Program-made: the position numbers and the translations under genes
The notes under the pieces: model-generated
What the model saw: only the letters and a program-made list of their open reading frames with translations
Database searches by the model: none
Told to the model about the DNA's origin: nothing
Source: Clostridia bacterium
GTDB lineage: Bacteria; Bacillota; Clostridia; Oscillospirales; CAG-272
Length of the DNA stretch: 64,000 nt
Assembly (NCBI GenBank): GCA_017503865.1
Contig: JAFVSI010000015.1
Coordinates: 7,175-71,174, forward strand
Reading direction: 5' to 3'
Part shown: in pieces, positions 37,908 through 48,595 of the stretch
Layout of the letters: every line of letters begins with the position of its first letter
How positions within the stretch are numbered: position 1 is the stretch's first letter

Positions 37908-39719
37908 ATGATGAAACGTATAATTTCGCTTATACTTTGCCTTGTTTTAGTAGGCTCCGTATTTGCAGGTTGTTCGTCAGGTCCCAATGACGAAGACAAG
38001 GGTGCATATATCAATATGTATCTTACCGACATGGTCTACGACCTTGACCCTGCAAATGCTTTTGCAAACGAATCGGCTCTCAAAATAGTAAGCCTTTTGT
38101 TTGAAAATCTTTTCTATATTGACGATGACGGAGATATAAAGAAAGAGCTCGCGGCAAAGTACGTAATTACCGAAGACGAAAAGAACAATGAGTATTATAT
38201 GACAATTACTCTTGGTGAGGGCACTTGGAGTGACGGCATTGCAGTTACTGCTAATGACGTTGTTTACGCTTGGAAGAGAGTACTTGATAACGAAAACTCC
38301 TTCGCTGCTGCTTCTCTCCTTTTTGACATAAAGAACGCACGTGCAGCAAAAGCCGGTGACGCTTCAATCGATGACGTCGGTGTTTATGCTCTCAACGAAA
38401 AAGAAGTAAAAGTTGAATTTGAGGGAAAGATCGACTACGATCAGTTCCTTCTCAATATTTCAAGCTATGCTCTCGTTCCTCTTCGCGAAGAGGTTGTTCT
38501 CAGAAACGGTGCTGACTGGGCTAAGAAGCCCGCTACCATTGTAACAAGCGGTCCCTTCAAGCTTCGTGTTGCAAGATATGACACAACTAAGAAGGACGAC
38601 GGAACTGTTGTTCTCAAAGAGATGGTTCTTGAAAGAAACACCTACTACCACAGAGATCCCCTTGAGGATCCTCACGATAAAGCTGTAAAACCTTACCGTC
38701 TTAATATCAACTACGATATGTCCGACGAAGATATCAAGGCTGCATATGATGCCGGTGAGCTCTTCTACATAGGTAATATTCCCCTTTCCCTTAGAGAATA
38801 TTATAAAGATGATGCCAAGATAACAGATGCCCTCAGCACAAACGCTCTCGTTTTAAATCAGAATGCAGAAATTGCAGGTCAAAAGCTGTTTGCTAAGAAA
38901 GAGGTCAGACAGGCTCTTTCACTTGCTATTGACAGAGAGGCTATAGCAAATGCAGTAGTTTTCGCAAAGGCTGCAACAGGACTTGTTCCTCACGGCGTAT
39001 TCAATGCTGATTCTGACAAGAAAACATTTAGAGAAATCGGTGGCGATATTATTGCAACATCTGAAAACGTTGACAGTGCAAAGTCACTACTCTCTTCTGC
39101 AGGCGTCAAGCCTTCCGATTACAGCTTCTCCATTACAGTAGCAGCTTACGACGACGTTCATAACGCAATAGCAAATATGATCAAGGATGCTTGGACAGCT
39201 CTTGGATTCAAAGTTAACGTCAAGGCAATTGACGTAATCAATAACGATGACTATTATAAGCCTACCGAGTCAACTCCTATCGATATTAAGGATGACCTTT
39301 ATATGGAAGCTTATCAGGGTGGTGATTTCGAGGTAATTCTTGTTGACCTTTGTGCACTTTCCGTTGATGCGTTCTCCGTTCTTGCTCCTTATGCAAAAGC
39401 ATATTCGGGCGAGGGCATGGATATGTCCAACTTCGATTACGTTCTTACACCTCATATAACAGGTTACGATAGCGAAGCTTACAACGAGATAATCGAAAAA
39501 GCTTTCGATGAGAAGAATATTGAAAAGCGTGCTGAAATACTTCACGATGCAGAGAAAATGCTTCTTGACGATATGGTAGTGATCCCCGTTGTATTCAACG
39601 AGAATGCAGTTCTCGTTAGAAAAGACCTTTCTAAGGTTGAGTTTACATACTTCGGCACACCTCGTTTCAAGAAGACTAAGCTCAAAAATTACGAGAAGTA
39701 TCTTCCCGTTGAAGAATAA
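37908..39719 (+). CDS. Family-5 (OppA/DppA-like) peptide ABC substrate-binding lipoprotein, orphan
   Basis: 603 aa. Lipobox VFAGCSS. Size and overall pattern of SBP_bac_5 proteins. No permease or ATPase genes adjacent. Confidence 0.85.
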   Translation: MMKRIISLILCLVLVGSVFAGCSSGPNDEDKGAYINMYLTDMVYDLDPANAFANESALKIVSLLFENLFYIDDDGDIKKELAAKYVITEDEKNNEYYMTITLGEGTWSDGIAVTANDVVYAWKRVLDNENSFAAASLLFDIKNARAAKAGDASIDDVGVYALNEKEVKVEFEGKIDYDQFLLNISSYALVPLREEVVLRNGADWAKKPATIVTSGPFKLRVARYDTTKKDDGTVVLKEMVLERNTYYHRDPLEDPHDKAVKPYRLNINYDMSDEDIKAAYDAGELFYIGNIPLSLREYYKDDAKITDALSTNALVLNQNAEIAGQKLFAKKEVRQALSLAIDREAIANAVVFAKAATGLVPHGVFNADSDKKTFREIGGDIIATSENVDSAKSLLSSAGVKPSDYSFSITVAAYDDVHNAIANMIKDAWTALGFKVNVKAIDVINNDDYYKPTESTPIDIKDDLYMEAYQGGDFEVILVDLCALSVDAFSVLAPYAKAYSGEGMDMSNFDYVLTPHITGYDSEAYNEIIEKAFDEKNIEKRAEILHDAEKMLLDDMVVIPVVFNENAVLVRKDLSKVEFTYFGTPRFKKTKLKNYEKYLPVEE

Positions 39720-39722
39720 TCA

Positions 39723-39762
39723 AAAAAGCATCCGTTAAGCTTGTTTAACGGATGCTTTTTTT
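39723..39762 (+). terminator. Intrinsic terminator
   Basis: 16-bp stem aaaaagcatccgttaa / ttaacggatgcttttt, then T run. Confidence 0.85.
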
Positions 39763-39767
39763 AATAC

Positions 39768-39796
39768 TTGAAAAATCAAAATTTATATGATATAAT
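39768..39796 (+). promoter_or_regulatory. Promoter of the DUF896 gene
   Basis: TTGAAA (39768..39773), 17-nt spacer, TATAAT (39791..39796). Confidence 0.5.
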
Positions 39797-39830
39797 GATC
39801 GAGTAATATATTTTGAATTAGAGGTACTAC

Positions 39831-40037
39831 GTGGAAAAAGAAAAGATATTAAGAATAAACGAGCTGGCAAGAAAGTCAAAGACCGAGGAGGGGCTTACCA
39901 CAGAGGAGCTGGCTGAACAAAAAAAGCTTCGTGAAGAATACATTGCAGAATTTAGACTTTCAATGGGAATGATGCTTGACAACACTGTCATACAGTATCC
40001 TGACGGCTCACGCAAATCTTTAAAGAAAGATAAATAG
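39831..40037 (+). CDS. DUF896 (UPF0291, YnzC-like) small protein
   Basis: 68 aa. ILRINELARKSKTEEGLTTEELAEQKKLREEY is typical of the family. GTG start after a GAGGT RBS. Confidence 0.8.
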   Translation: MEKEKILRINELARKSKTEEGLTTEELAEQKKLREEYIAEFRLSMGMMLDNTVIQYPDGSRKSLKKDK

Positions 40038-40042
40038 AAAAA

Positions 40043-40076
40043 GAAAATCGGTGTCATACGACACCGATTTTCTTTT
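40043..40076. terminator. Bidirectional terminator
   Basis: gaaaatcggtgtc / gacaccgattttc stem with atac loop, T run. Confidence 0.85.
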
Positions 40077-40094
40077 GCCAATTTAAAGATCAAA

Positions 40095-40415
40095 TCAGCC
40101 CTGTGCTTTTTTTCTTTCCTCGAAGCAAGCACTGCAGTATACAGGTCTGTCTTCAGAGGGCTGGAATGTTACTTTTGCAACACCACCGCACTGTGCACAA
40201 ACTGTTTCGAAGTACTCACGGGGAGCTCTGCCGGCATTCTTCTTTGCGTCACGGCAAGCCTTGCAAGCCTTAGGCTTGTTCATAAAGCCTTTTTCTTTGT
40301 AGAATCTCTGCTCGCCGGCTGTAAATACGAACTCGTTGCCACAATCCTTGCAAACAAGAGTCTCATCCACAAATTTCTCTGCTTCAGCTCCTACTTTTAC
40401 TTCTTCTTCGTACAT
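40095..40415 (-). CDS. Zinc-ribbon domain protein (two CxxC...CxxC units)
   Basis: 106 aa. CKDCG...CKACR and CAQCG...CSACF pairs. The first unit resembles the zf-trcl type motif FVFTAGEQRFYKEKGF. Confidence 0.7.
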   Translation of the reverse strand: MYEEEVKVGAEAEKFVDETLVCKDCGNEFVFTAGEQRFYKEKGFMNKPKACKACRDAKKNAGRAPREYFETVCAQCGGVAKVTFQPSEDRPVYCSACFEERKKAQG

Positions 40416-40533
40416 GGTTTTGTTACCTCACTTTGTAGAATGTTCTCCTAAAAACAGTTCCGACAGTTAAAAAAGTGCACGGATTAAAGTGTCTAGGTTA
40501 TATATCGATAGGCAAATTGCCTTATCAACAAAA

Positions 40534-41112
40534 TTATTTTAAAAGGGTCCTGAGTTTTTTTCTTATTCTATATATGGCATTTGCAACAGACTTTTCATTA
40601 GACCTCATCAAAGCTCCAATCTCTTTAGCTGTCCTTCCCATCATATAATGGTGCCATATCGTATTTTCATAATCCGAGAGATTCGATTTAATCACCTTAT
40701 AAATGGTGCTTAAATTCTCTTTAGAAATGATCTCTTTTTCAAGATCCTCAAGCAAATCTTCCTTACGCACGTCTTGCATCGAAAAAGCAGTAGAACATTC
40801 AGCTCTGCGTTTGTTGATGGCTCTTATCTGAGTTACAAGAGCATTCGATACGCAAATTCTTGCATATAAACCAAACTCAACTTCAGTTTGCGTTTGATCA
40901 TAATTCAAAATAGCATTATAAAAAACGACCATTGCTTCTTGAAGCAGATCCTCAAAAAGCGATTTTGTCAAATCATCATTCTCGTATTTAGAAACCAAAG
41001 AAATTAGCATAGGTCTGTACTTTTCAAGTATTTGTGAAAATGCTTGTTGATTACCATTCTTAACCGAACTAATAAGCTCATTTAATTGAACTGCATTGTC
41101 AGCACTATTCAT
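40534..41112 (-). CDS. Sigma-70 family (ECF-like) RNA polymerase sigma factor
   Basis: Region 2-like (FSQILEKYRPMLISLVSKY) and region 4 HTH (RTAKEIGALMRSNEKSVANAIYRIRKKL). Start moved to ATG 41112, behind a GGAG RBS. Confidence 0.8.
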   Translation of the reverse strand: MNSADNAVQLNELISSVKNGNQQAFSQILEKYRPMLISLVSKYENDDLTKSLFEDLLQEAMVVFYNAILNYDQTQTEVEFGLYARICVSNALVTQIRAINKRRAECSTAFSMQDVRKEDLLEDLEKEIISKENLSTIYKVIKSNLSDYENTIWHHYMMGRTAKEIGALMRSNEKSVANAIYRIRKKLRTLLK

Positions 41113-41278
41113 AATCAACTCCAAAAAGATACAAATCACCCAATACGTTGGCTTTACTATTTAATTATACCATCAATTTGTATAATGTCAATAGTTTTTT
41201 ACAAAATAATTTAAATAAATTCAACAAAATATGAAAAAATTCATAAATTTGGTAACAAATATACAACAAAAGGTAACG

Positions 41279-41824
41279 TTAATCGAAAAGATAATTAACG
41301 TTTCCAGCCATCAAACTGATTACACCTCTATAAATATTTTCGGGACGTTCGTAAAAATTATCCTTCATTCTCTTTGCTCTGTCAAAGGTGTCGACGGTAT
41401 ATTTCAGAGAAAATATCGATTTTTTATTCTCAAGAAAATAGCAAGACAATTCGTACTTGTTGTCGTCTATTTTTTCTATTTCGCATTTACACTCAATACC
41501 GCGTTTTTTGAAATCGATATATCTTAGTGCTCTTGACAGGCTTTGGTCAAGTATAGTTGAGAGAATATCTCCGTTAAGTTCCCTCGCAACGCACTTCCCT
41601 TTTTCTGTGATTATATAACAATCCTCGCCCTCAAAATCCACCTTTTCTATAAGCCCCGAATCGAGCATTTGATTAAATCCTTCTGCAAAATCAAGATACA
41701 TTACGTAGTCAGTCTGCATAACAATATCATTGATAGTAACAAAATCAAGAGGGTAGCTTATATTTTCCATCAAGTAAAGAACAAAAATCTTTACGTTTTT
41801 CATACTTCCTATTGGAGATCCCAT
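41279..41824 (-). CDS. DUF4364-like protein
   Basis: 181 aa from ATG 41824 (AAGGTG RBS). N-terminal winged-helix-like segment IFVLYLMENISYPLDF. The family name is from memory. Confidence 0.55.
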   Translation of the reverse strand: MGSPIGSMKNVKIFVLYLMENISYPLDFVTINDIVMQTDYVMYLDFAEGFNQMLDSGLIEKVDFEGEDCYIITEKGKCVARELNGDILSTILDQSLSRALRYIDFKKRGIECKCEIEKIDDNKYELSCYFLENKKSIFSLKYTVDTFDRAKRMKDNFYERPENIYRGVISLMAGNVNYLFD

Positions 41825-41954
41825 ACAAAACACCTTTCGCGTATAAAATTTTCATTAAAATTATACCATACTAAGCATTTTTTTTCAATATATATTTGCA
41901 TTTTGAAGAAAAATGTGGTATCATATATTATATACATACCCTGGAGGTTTAATT

Positions 41955-43142
41955 ATGATAAATATAGCAATCTTAGGATTCGGTGTTGTTGGTAGCGGAA
42001 CTGCCGAGGTCCTTACCGCAAATCAAAAGTTTATTGAAAAAAGATGCGGTTGTGAGTACAATATAAAATATATACTTGACCTCAGAGACTTCCCCGACAG
42101 TCCTTTTGCAGACAAGGTCGTTCACGATTTTAATATTATTCTTAACGATCCCGAAATTACTATCGTCGCTGAAATGATGGGCGGATCACACCCCGCATAT
42201 GACTTCTCTATCGCTTGTCTTCGTGCGGGTAAGCACGTTGTTACTTCTAACAAAGAAGTTGTTTCCACCTTTGGAACAGAGCTTTGCAAGACAGCTGCCG
42301 AAAACGGTGTAAGATATTTATTTGAGGCAAGCGTTGGTGGCGGAATACCGATTATTCGTCCTATTATAAACGATCTTGCATCAAACAATATCAATCAGAT
42401 TTCGGGTATTCTCAACGGAACTACAAACTATATACTTACAAAAATGCGTGATTGTGGCGAAAGCTTTGATACAGCACTTAAGGACGCCCAGAGACTCGGA
42501 TACGCTGAAGCTAATCCTTCTGCTGACGTTGACGGTATAGACGCTGCAAGAAAGATCGTTATCCTTGCCGCACTCGCTTCGGGCAAGCTTATCGATCCCA
42601 AAACCATTCACACTGAAGGAATTACTGCTATTTCCCTTGCAGATACAAAGCTTGCTGCCCTGCTCGGCTTTGCTATAAAGCTTATTGGTTATACGAAGGT
42701 CGAGGATAACAAGCTTATCGCTTACGTTGCTCCTCATATGGTTCCCCTTTCAAATCCCTTGTCAGGCATCAACGATGTTTTCAATGGTGTTCTTGTTAAG
42801 GCTGATATGGTTGGCGAGGTAATGTTCTACGGTCCCGGTGCCGGAAAGTTACCGACAGCAAGTGCCGTTGTTGCTGATATTATTGATATTATGAGCAACA
42901 AAACCGATGACACAAAGACAATTAACTGGACTGATGCTAAAGCTACCGATATTGCAGACTTTAATTCTTATTCTTCGAAGCGAGTATTTGTGTTTAACGG
43001 CAAATCACTTGTTGCAGGCATTAAAACTGTTTCTGACAACGGTTTCAGTGCAACACTTACAGATGAAATGACAGAGAAGGAAGTAAATGACATCAAAGCT
43101 AAGCTTGGCACTTCCCTTCTTGCAGTTTACAGAACTCTTTAA
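41955..43142 (+). CDS. hom: Homoserine dehydrogenase
   Basis: NAD-binding ILGFGVVGSG, catalytic-domain blocks GILNGTTNYILT and LGYAEANPSADVDG, C-terminal ACT-like region. Start at ATG 41955 after GGAGGT. Confidence 0.93.
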   Translation: MINIAILGFGVVGSGTAEVLTANQKFIEKRCGCEYNIKYILDLRDFPDSPFADKVVHDFNIILNDPEITIVAEMMGGSHPAYDFSIACLRAGKHVVTSNKEVVSTFGTELCKTAAENGVRYLFEASVGGGIPIIRPIINDLASNNINQISGILNGTTNYILTKMRDCGESFDTALKDAQRLGYAEANPSADVDGIDAARKIVILAALASGKLIDPKTIHTEGITAISLADTKLAALLGFAIKLIGYTKVEDNKLIAYVAPHMVPLSNPLSGINDVFNGVLVKADMVGEVMFYGPGAGKLPTASAVVADIIDIMSNKTDDTKTINWTDAKATDIADFNSYSSKRVFVFNGKSLVAGIKTVSDNGFSATLTDEMTEKEVNDIKAKLGTSLLAVYRTL

Positions 43143-43149
43143 AAGATCA

Positions 43150-43180
43150 ATAGGTAGGCTTTTAGCCTACCTATTTTTTA
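43150..43180 (+). terminator. Intrinsic terminator after hom
   Basis: ataggtaggct / agcctacctat stem, T6 run. Confidence 0.85.
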
Positions 43181-43259
43181 CACATTTTACTAAAAAGTAT
43201 ATTATTTCTTTATTTTGTCAATAATAAAAATATAAAACTGACGAAGGAAGGTACTTTAA

Positions 43260-44525
<1,266 letters not shown>

Positions 44526-44528
44526 AAA

Positions 44529-44554
44529 AAGGCGATGACATAAGTCATCGCCTT
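44529..44554. terminator. Bidirectional terminator between eno and carB-dapF
   Basis: aaggcgatgac / gtcatcgcctt stem with ataa loop. A run upstream and T run downstream. Confidence 0.85.
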
Positions 44555-44560
44555 AATTTT

Positions 44561-47500
44561 TTATATTTCAAATTCTCCGTTATAGATAAGCTCTGCGTTT
44601 CCTGTGAGAGTTACGCACTCTTCAGTGTAGTTTACTATAAGGTCACCGCCGCGAAGCTTAACGGTAATGTCTTCGCCCATACGGCAGAATCCGTTTTCTA
44701 CAGCCGCAACAACAGCCGCACAAGCACCGGTACCGCAACCGTAGGTCTCACCGTTACCACGCTCCCAAACACGCATTTTTATTGTGTTGTCGTTTACAAC
44801 ACGGATAAACTCGGTGTTAATTCTCTCGGGGAATTCCTTTGCACTCTCAAAGAGAGGTCCAACTCGCTTTACGTAAACACCGTCAACGTAATCCGAGAAT
44901 ACAACACAGTGAGGATTACCCATTGATACACAAGTTATCTTATAATCCTTTCCGCCAACGCTGAAGGGGTAGTTAATAACCTTATCTGCCTTAATGGTTG
45001 TAGGAATATCCTTAGAGAAGATACTTGCCTTACCCATATTTACACTTACAGATGAAACCTTACCGTTTCTCGTGTAGAGCTTGAGCTGCTTAACACCGCT
45101 TCCTGTCTCAACAGTAATATCTTCTTTATCAACTATATGATTATCATAGAGATATTTACCTACGCAACGGATACAGTTACCTGCCATCTTACCTTCACTA
45201 CCGTCAAGGTTGAAAATACGCATCTTTGCATCGGCAACCTCAGACTTTTCAATAAGAACAAGACCGTAAGCACCAACGCCGTAGTGTCTATTGCAAAGAG
45301 TGAGACAAAGCGACTCGGGACAAGTGATTTTACCGTCAAAGTTTTCAATGAAGATATAGTCGTCCCCTGTTCCGTGCATTTTTGCAAACTTAAACTTACG
45401 AGGCTCGCTTCTCATATCGTTGATGTCAACAAGCTCAGTATTCTGCTGATTAAATCTACTTGCGATAACGTCAGCGAGAGCATTTGCAGTATCAAGAGAC
45501 GTGAGACAAGCAACTGAGTGCTGAAGAGCCTTTCTGTGAAGTGCTATATAATCGTCAAGAGTTGTGCTGAAAAGCTCGCCCGTATAAACAATGTAGCTTA
45601 TCTTTCCTTCCTCAATAAGCTCGTAGGCATCCTTACTGTCATTTATGCCTCTGACAGTTCTAACGTCAACGCCAAGTCCTTCAATAGCTCTTGCAGTATC
45701 CTTAGTAGCGTATATCTTCATTCCAAGGTCGTCAAGCTTCTTGGCAAGACTAACGATCTCTTTAAGGTCGTGTTCGTCAACACTGATAAATACACCGACG
45801 TCAGATCCTGAAGAAGGAGCTTTTATCTTAAATCCTGCCGAGGTCATACCTTTGAATATTGCCTCGTTAAGCGTAGCACCAAGACCGAGAACCTCTCCTG
45901 TTGACTTCATCTCAGGACCGAGATAGGAGTTAGCGTCGGTAAGCTTTTCGAACGAAAATACGGGAACCTTGACCGCATAGTAAGGCGGAGTCTTATAAAG
46001 ACCAGTTCCGTAGCCGAGATCCTTAAGCGGCTCACCTATCATTACACGTGTTGCAAGGTCAACCATAGGAACACCCGTAACCTTACTGATGTAAGGAATT
46101 GTTCTTGAAGCACGGGGGTTAACCTCAATTACGTAAAGCTCGTTTCTCCAAATAAGGTACTGAATATTTACAAGTCCCTTTGTACCGAGAGAAAGTGCGA
46201 GCTGTGTTGAAGACTCTATAAGAGTTTCAAGCATCTTATCATTAAGATTGTAAGGGGGATATACAGCAATAGAGTCACCGCTGTGAACTCCTGCACGCTC
46301 GATATGCTGCATAACACCGGGAATAAGAACGTCCTTGCCGTCGGAAATTACGTCAACCTCAAGCTCCATTCCCTTCATATACTTATCAACGAGAACGGGA
46401 TTTTCAATTCCAGTTGAAAGTATTCTCTTCATATATGCTCTGACCTCTGTATCGTTATACACGATAGACATATTCTGTCCACCGATAACGTAAGAGGGAC
46501 GAAGAAGCACGGGGTAACCGATATCATTACCGGCCTTAATGGCTTCCTCAGTAGTCATAACACTTGTACCAACGGGACGCTTGATGGAGAATCTTTCAAG
46601 AAGTGCATCAAACTTTTCTCTATCCTCAGCTGTATCAATTCCCTCAGCAGAAGTACCGAGAATTTTGATTCCGTTGTCATCAAGGAATTTTGTAAGCTTT
46701 ATAGCTGTCTGTCCACCAAAGGCAACAACGACGCCAATAGGCTTCTCAATTTCAATGATGTTCATAACGTCCTCAGACGTAAGAGGCTCGAAATACAAGC
46801 GGTCTGCAGTATCATAGTCGGTAGATACAGTCTCAGGGTTGTTGTTTACGATAACAACATCATAACCGAGACGCTTTAGAGCCCAAACGCAGTGAACAGA
46901 AGAATAGTCAAACTCAATTCCCTGTCCTATACGGATAGGACCTGAACCGAGAACAAGAATAGTAGGCTTACCGCTACGTGCAAACGTGCGGGATTCGCAA
47001 TCCTTGTCGTACGTCGAATAAAAGTAAGGCGTCTTAGCATCAAACTCAGCAGCACAGGTATCAACCATTTTATATGACGCACGGAGCTTAGGAAGCTCAT
47101 CGCAACCGCCCATCTTGATAAGTGCCTTGTCGGGATAACCGAGATTTTTACCCTTCTTATACTCTTCAAGACCGATTCCGTTTTCGACAACGTCACGCTC
47201 GTACTGAACAAGGTTCATAAGCTTATGGAGGAACCAAGGATCTATTCTTGTTATCTCGTGAATGGTCTCAATTTCTACACCGCTTTTAAGTGCCTCAAAA
47301 ACAGTAAAGAGTCTGCGGTCGTCGGAAATCTTAAGACGCTCCATAAGAGGCTTGTCCGAAATAGGAGCAGCATTGAGAGTATCAAGAGAAATTTCAGCTC
47401 CTCGTACCGCCTTCATAATAGCCTGCTCGAAGCTTGTACCGATGGACATTACTTCACCTGTAGCCTTCATCTGCGTACCAAGCATACGGCTCGCACCCGT

Positions 47501-48595
47501 GAACTTTTCAAAAGGCCACTTAGGCATCTTTACTACAACGTAGTCGATAGCAGGCTCAAAGCAAGCACAAGTTTTACCCGTAATATCGTTTGTAATTTCA
47601 TCAAGTGTATAACCAAGAGCGATCTTCGAGGTTATCTTTGCAATAGGATAGCCGGTTGCTTTACTTGCAAGAGCTGACGAACGTGAAACACGAGGGTTAA
47701 CCTCTATAACTGCATACTCAAAGCTATCAGGATTGAGAGCAAACTGACAGTTACATCCACCAACTATCTCAAGTGCACAAATAATCTCGAGAGCCGCTGT
47801 ACGAAGCATCTGGTATTCCTTAGGGGAAAGTGTAAGAGCGGGAGCTACGACTATTGAGTCGCCCGTATGTACTCCAACAGGGTCGAAGTTTTCCATACTA
47901 CAAACCGCGATACAGTTTCCTGCAGAGTCACGCATAGTCTCAAATTCAATTTCTTTCCAGCCGTAAATATATCTCTCAACGAGAATCTGACTGATAGGCG
48001 ATGCATCAAGTCCCGTCTTTGCGACGAGCTTAAGCTCCTCGGGATTGTTAGCAACTCCGCCGCCTGCACCGCCGAGTGTGAAAGCAGGACGAATAATAAC
48101 GGGATAACCAATCTTTCCTGCAATAACGAGAGCTGTGTGAACGTCGTTAGCTATATCAGAAGGAATACAAGGCTGACCTATGGCTTCCATTGTATCCTTG
48201 AACATCTGTCTATCCTCTGCTTTGTCAATCGCACGGGCATCAGTTCCAAGAAGTCTTACGTTATGCGATTCAAGGAAGCCCTCGTGAGAAAGCTGCATGG
48301 CAATTGTAAGACCTGTTTGACCGCCAAGACCAGCAAGAATGCTGTCGGGCTTTTCTTTTTCAATAATTCTCTTAACAGTTTCAACCGTAAGAGGCTCGAG
48401 ATATATCTCATCAGCGAGAGCACTGTCTGTCATAATGGTAGCGGGGTTGGAGTTTACAAGAACAACGTTTACACCGGCATCCTTAAGAACTCTACAAGCC
48501 TGAGCTCCCGCGTAGTCAAACTCTGCCGCCTGACCGATAACGATAGGGCCTGAACCAATTACAAGAACTTTTTTAATATCTTTATTAAGCGGCAT
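44561..48595 (-). CDS. carB: Carbamoyl-phosphate synthase large subunit fused in frame to diaminopimelate epimerase
   Basis: 1344 aa. Residues 1 to about 1066 (45398..48595) are a complete CarB: two ATP-grasp halves, oligomerisation domain and MGS-like domain. The last 278 aa (44564..45397) are a complete DapF (KMHGTGDDY, GNCIRC, SMGNPH, ERGNGETYGCGTGA). No stop or frameshift at the junction. Confidence 0.92.
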   Translation of the reverse strand: MPLNKDIKKVLVIGSGPIVIGQAAEFDYAGAQACRVLKDAGVNVVLVNSNPATIMTDSALADEIYLEPLTVETVKRIIEKEKPDSILAGLGGQTGLTIAMQLSHEGFLESHNVRLLGTDARAIDKAEDRQMFKDTMEAIGQPCIPSDIANDVHTALVIAGKIGYPVIIRPAFTLGGAGGGVANNPEELKLVAKTGLDASPISQILVERYIYGWKEIEFETMRDSAGNCIAVCSMENFDPVGVHTGDSIVVAPALTLSPKEYQMLRTAALEIICALEIVGGCNCQFALNPDSFEYAVIEVNPRVSRSSALASKATGYPIAKITSKIALGYTLDEITNDITGKTCACFEPAIDYVVVKMPKWPFEKFTGASRMLGTQMKATGEVMSIGTSFEQAIMKAVRGAEISLDTLNAAPISDKPLMERLKISDDRRLFTVFEALKSGVEIETIHEITRIDPWFLHKLMNLVQYERDVVENGIGLEEYKKGKNLGYPDKALIKMGGCDELPKLRASYKMVDTCAAEFDAKTPYFYSTYDKDCESRTFARSGKPTILVLGSGPIRIGQGIEFDYSSVHCVWALKRLGYDVVIVNNNPETVSTDYDTADRLYFEPLTSEDVMNIIEIEKPIGVVVAFGGQTAIKLTKFLDDNGIKILGTSAEGIDTAEDREKFDALLERFSIKRPVGTSVMTTEEAIKAGNDIGYPVLLRPSYVIGGQNMSIVYNDTEVRAYMKRILSTGIENPVLVDKYMKGMELEVDVISDGKDVLIPGVMQHIERAGVHSGDSIAVYPPYNLNDKMLETLIESSTQLALSLGTKGLVNIQYLIWRNELYVIEVNPRASRTIPYISKVTGVPMVDLATRVMIGEPLKDLGYGTGLYKTPPYYAVKVPVFSFEKLTDANSYLGPEMKSTGEVLGLGATLNEAIFKGMTSAGFKIKAPSSGSDVGVFISVDEHDLKEIVSLAKKLDDLGMKIYATKDTARAIEGLGVDVRTVRGINDSKDAYELIEEGKISYIVYTGELFSTTLDDYIALHRKALQHSVACLTSLDTANALADVIASRFNQQNTELVDINDMRSEPRKFKFAKMHGTGDDYIFIENFDGKITCPESLCLTLCNRHYGVGAYGLVLIEKSEVADAKMRIFNLDGSEGKMAGNCIRCVGKYLYDNHIVDKEDITVETGSGVKQLKLYTRNGKVSSVSVNMGKASIFSKDIPTTIKADKVINYPFSVGGKDYKITCVSMGNPHCVVFSDYVDGVYVKRVGPLFESAKEFPERINTEFIRVVNDNTIKMRVWERGNGETYGCGTGACAAVVAAVENGFCRMGEDITVKLRGGDLIVNYTEECVTLTGNAELIYNGEFEI

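Noticed and set aside
47225-48553. 150-aa and 228-aa plus-strand ORFs antisense to carB; similar ones at 45137..45926
   Set aside because: Shadow ORFs opposite a well-conserved CarB coding frame. No RBS and no recognisable domains.
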